Shown in pieces: positions 31,837 to 32,000 of a DNA stretch of 32,000 bases. The stretch lies in NCBI RefSeq assembly GCF_000019605.1, contig NC_010482.1:570001-602000 (forward strand), given 5' to 3'. Each line of letters starts with the position of its first letter. Within the stretch, counting starts at the first letter, position 1. A program made the position numbers and the translations under genes. The notes beneath the pieces were generated by a model. It searched no databases. It saw only the letters and a program-made list of their open reading frames with translations, and was not told where the DNA came from. Origin of the DNA: Candidatus Korarchaeum cryptofilum OPF8. Lineage in GTDB: Archaea > Korarchaeota > Korarchaeia > Korarchaeales > Korarchaeaceae.

Positions 31837-32000
31837 TCAGCCCACCATCATATCGGCTAGCGGATCGTCCCCCCTCAGCATGGTCCTAACGATATCCATG
31901 AAGTCCTCGCTCAGATCAATATTATCTTCCTTGAGCACATCCACTATAGTGGAAGCGACTAGGAGAAGGGCCAGCATTATCCTATGGAGTGGTTGCGATT
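31837..32000 (-). CDS. C-terminal fragment of an unidentified protein (gene continues beyond the right edge)
   Basis: Hand translation of the reverse strand gives ...SQPLHRIMLALLLVASTIVDVLKEDNIDLSEDFMDIVRTMLRGDDPLADMMVG, with the stop TGA at 31839-31837. It is not in the ORF track because it is under 60 aa within the window. Coding status is inferred only from the open frame and codon style. Confidence 0.35.
   Translation of the reverse strand, partial: SQPLHRIMLALLLVASTIVDVLKEDNIDLSEDFMDIVRTMLRGDDPLADMMVG

Noticed and set aside
1-32000. CRISPR arrays, tRNA/rRNA genes, integrases or IS elements
   Set aside because: I found no regularly spaced 24-40-nt direct repeats, no cloverleaf-like or rRNA-like segments, and no tyrosine or serine recombinase or transposase motifs. 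The intein is the only selfish element seen. A proper tRNAscan, Infernal or CRISPR-finder run is still advisable.

Overview
Compact, gene-dense archaeal chromosome segment of about 31 protein genes, with no rRNA, tRNA or CRISPR array visible by eye. The archaeal assignment is an inference from AGG/ATA-rich codon usage, TATA-like boxes about 22-30 nt upstream of many start codons (largely leaderless genes), and gene content: split LplA/LplB, a DUF234-type archaeal ATPase, a NurA/HerA-like pair, an intein, TatC and an MTH938-like protein. This fits a TACK/Korarchaeota-like thermophile. Most genes look like housekeeping or surface functions: class II HMG-CoA reductase (partial), EamA transporter, MBL hydrolase, DUF354+membrane pair, YkgJ Cys-cluster protein, FG-GAP surface protein, M20 peptidase, lipoate ligase, bacterioferritin-like protein, Lrp/AsnC, Ldh_2 dehydrogenase, TatC and a SAM methyltransferase. 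Four loci are not explained by standard annotation. (1) 5684-8877: a BrxL-type AAA+ ATPase lacking the Lon-protease domain and any other BREX gene, translationally coupled to a 579-aa protein built from PepSY-like repeats. (2) 1429-4797 (possibly to 5694): two tandem paralogous multi-zinc-ribbon proteins, coupled to a processive (QxxRW) membrane GT2 synthase. (3) 22608-28697: a Csa3-like CARF+wHTH regulator divergent from a NurA-like/HerA-like pair. The HerA P-loop is split by a 350-aa Ser1 intein, and the pair is followed 21 nt later by a citramalate/isopropylmalate-synthase homologue with most catalytic residues replaced. (4) 16263-18648: an OB-fold + degenerate-AAA protein next to a DUF234 ATPase, whose 5' end carries a perfect GC-rich hairpin and an apparent 1-nt frameshift. 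All functional calls come from motif recognition by eye. No database search was run.
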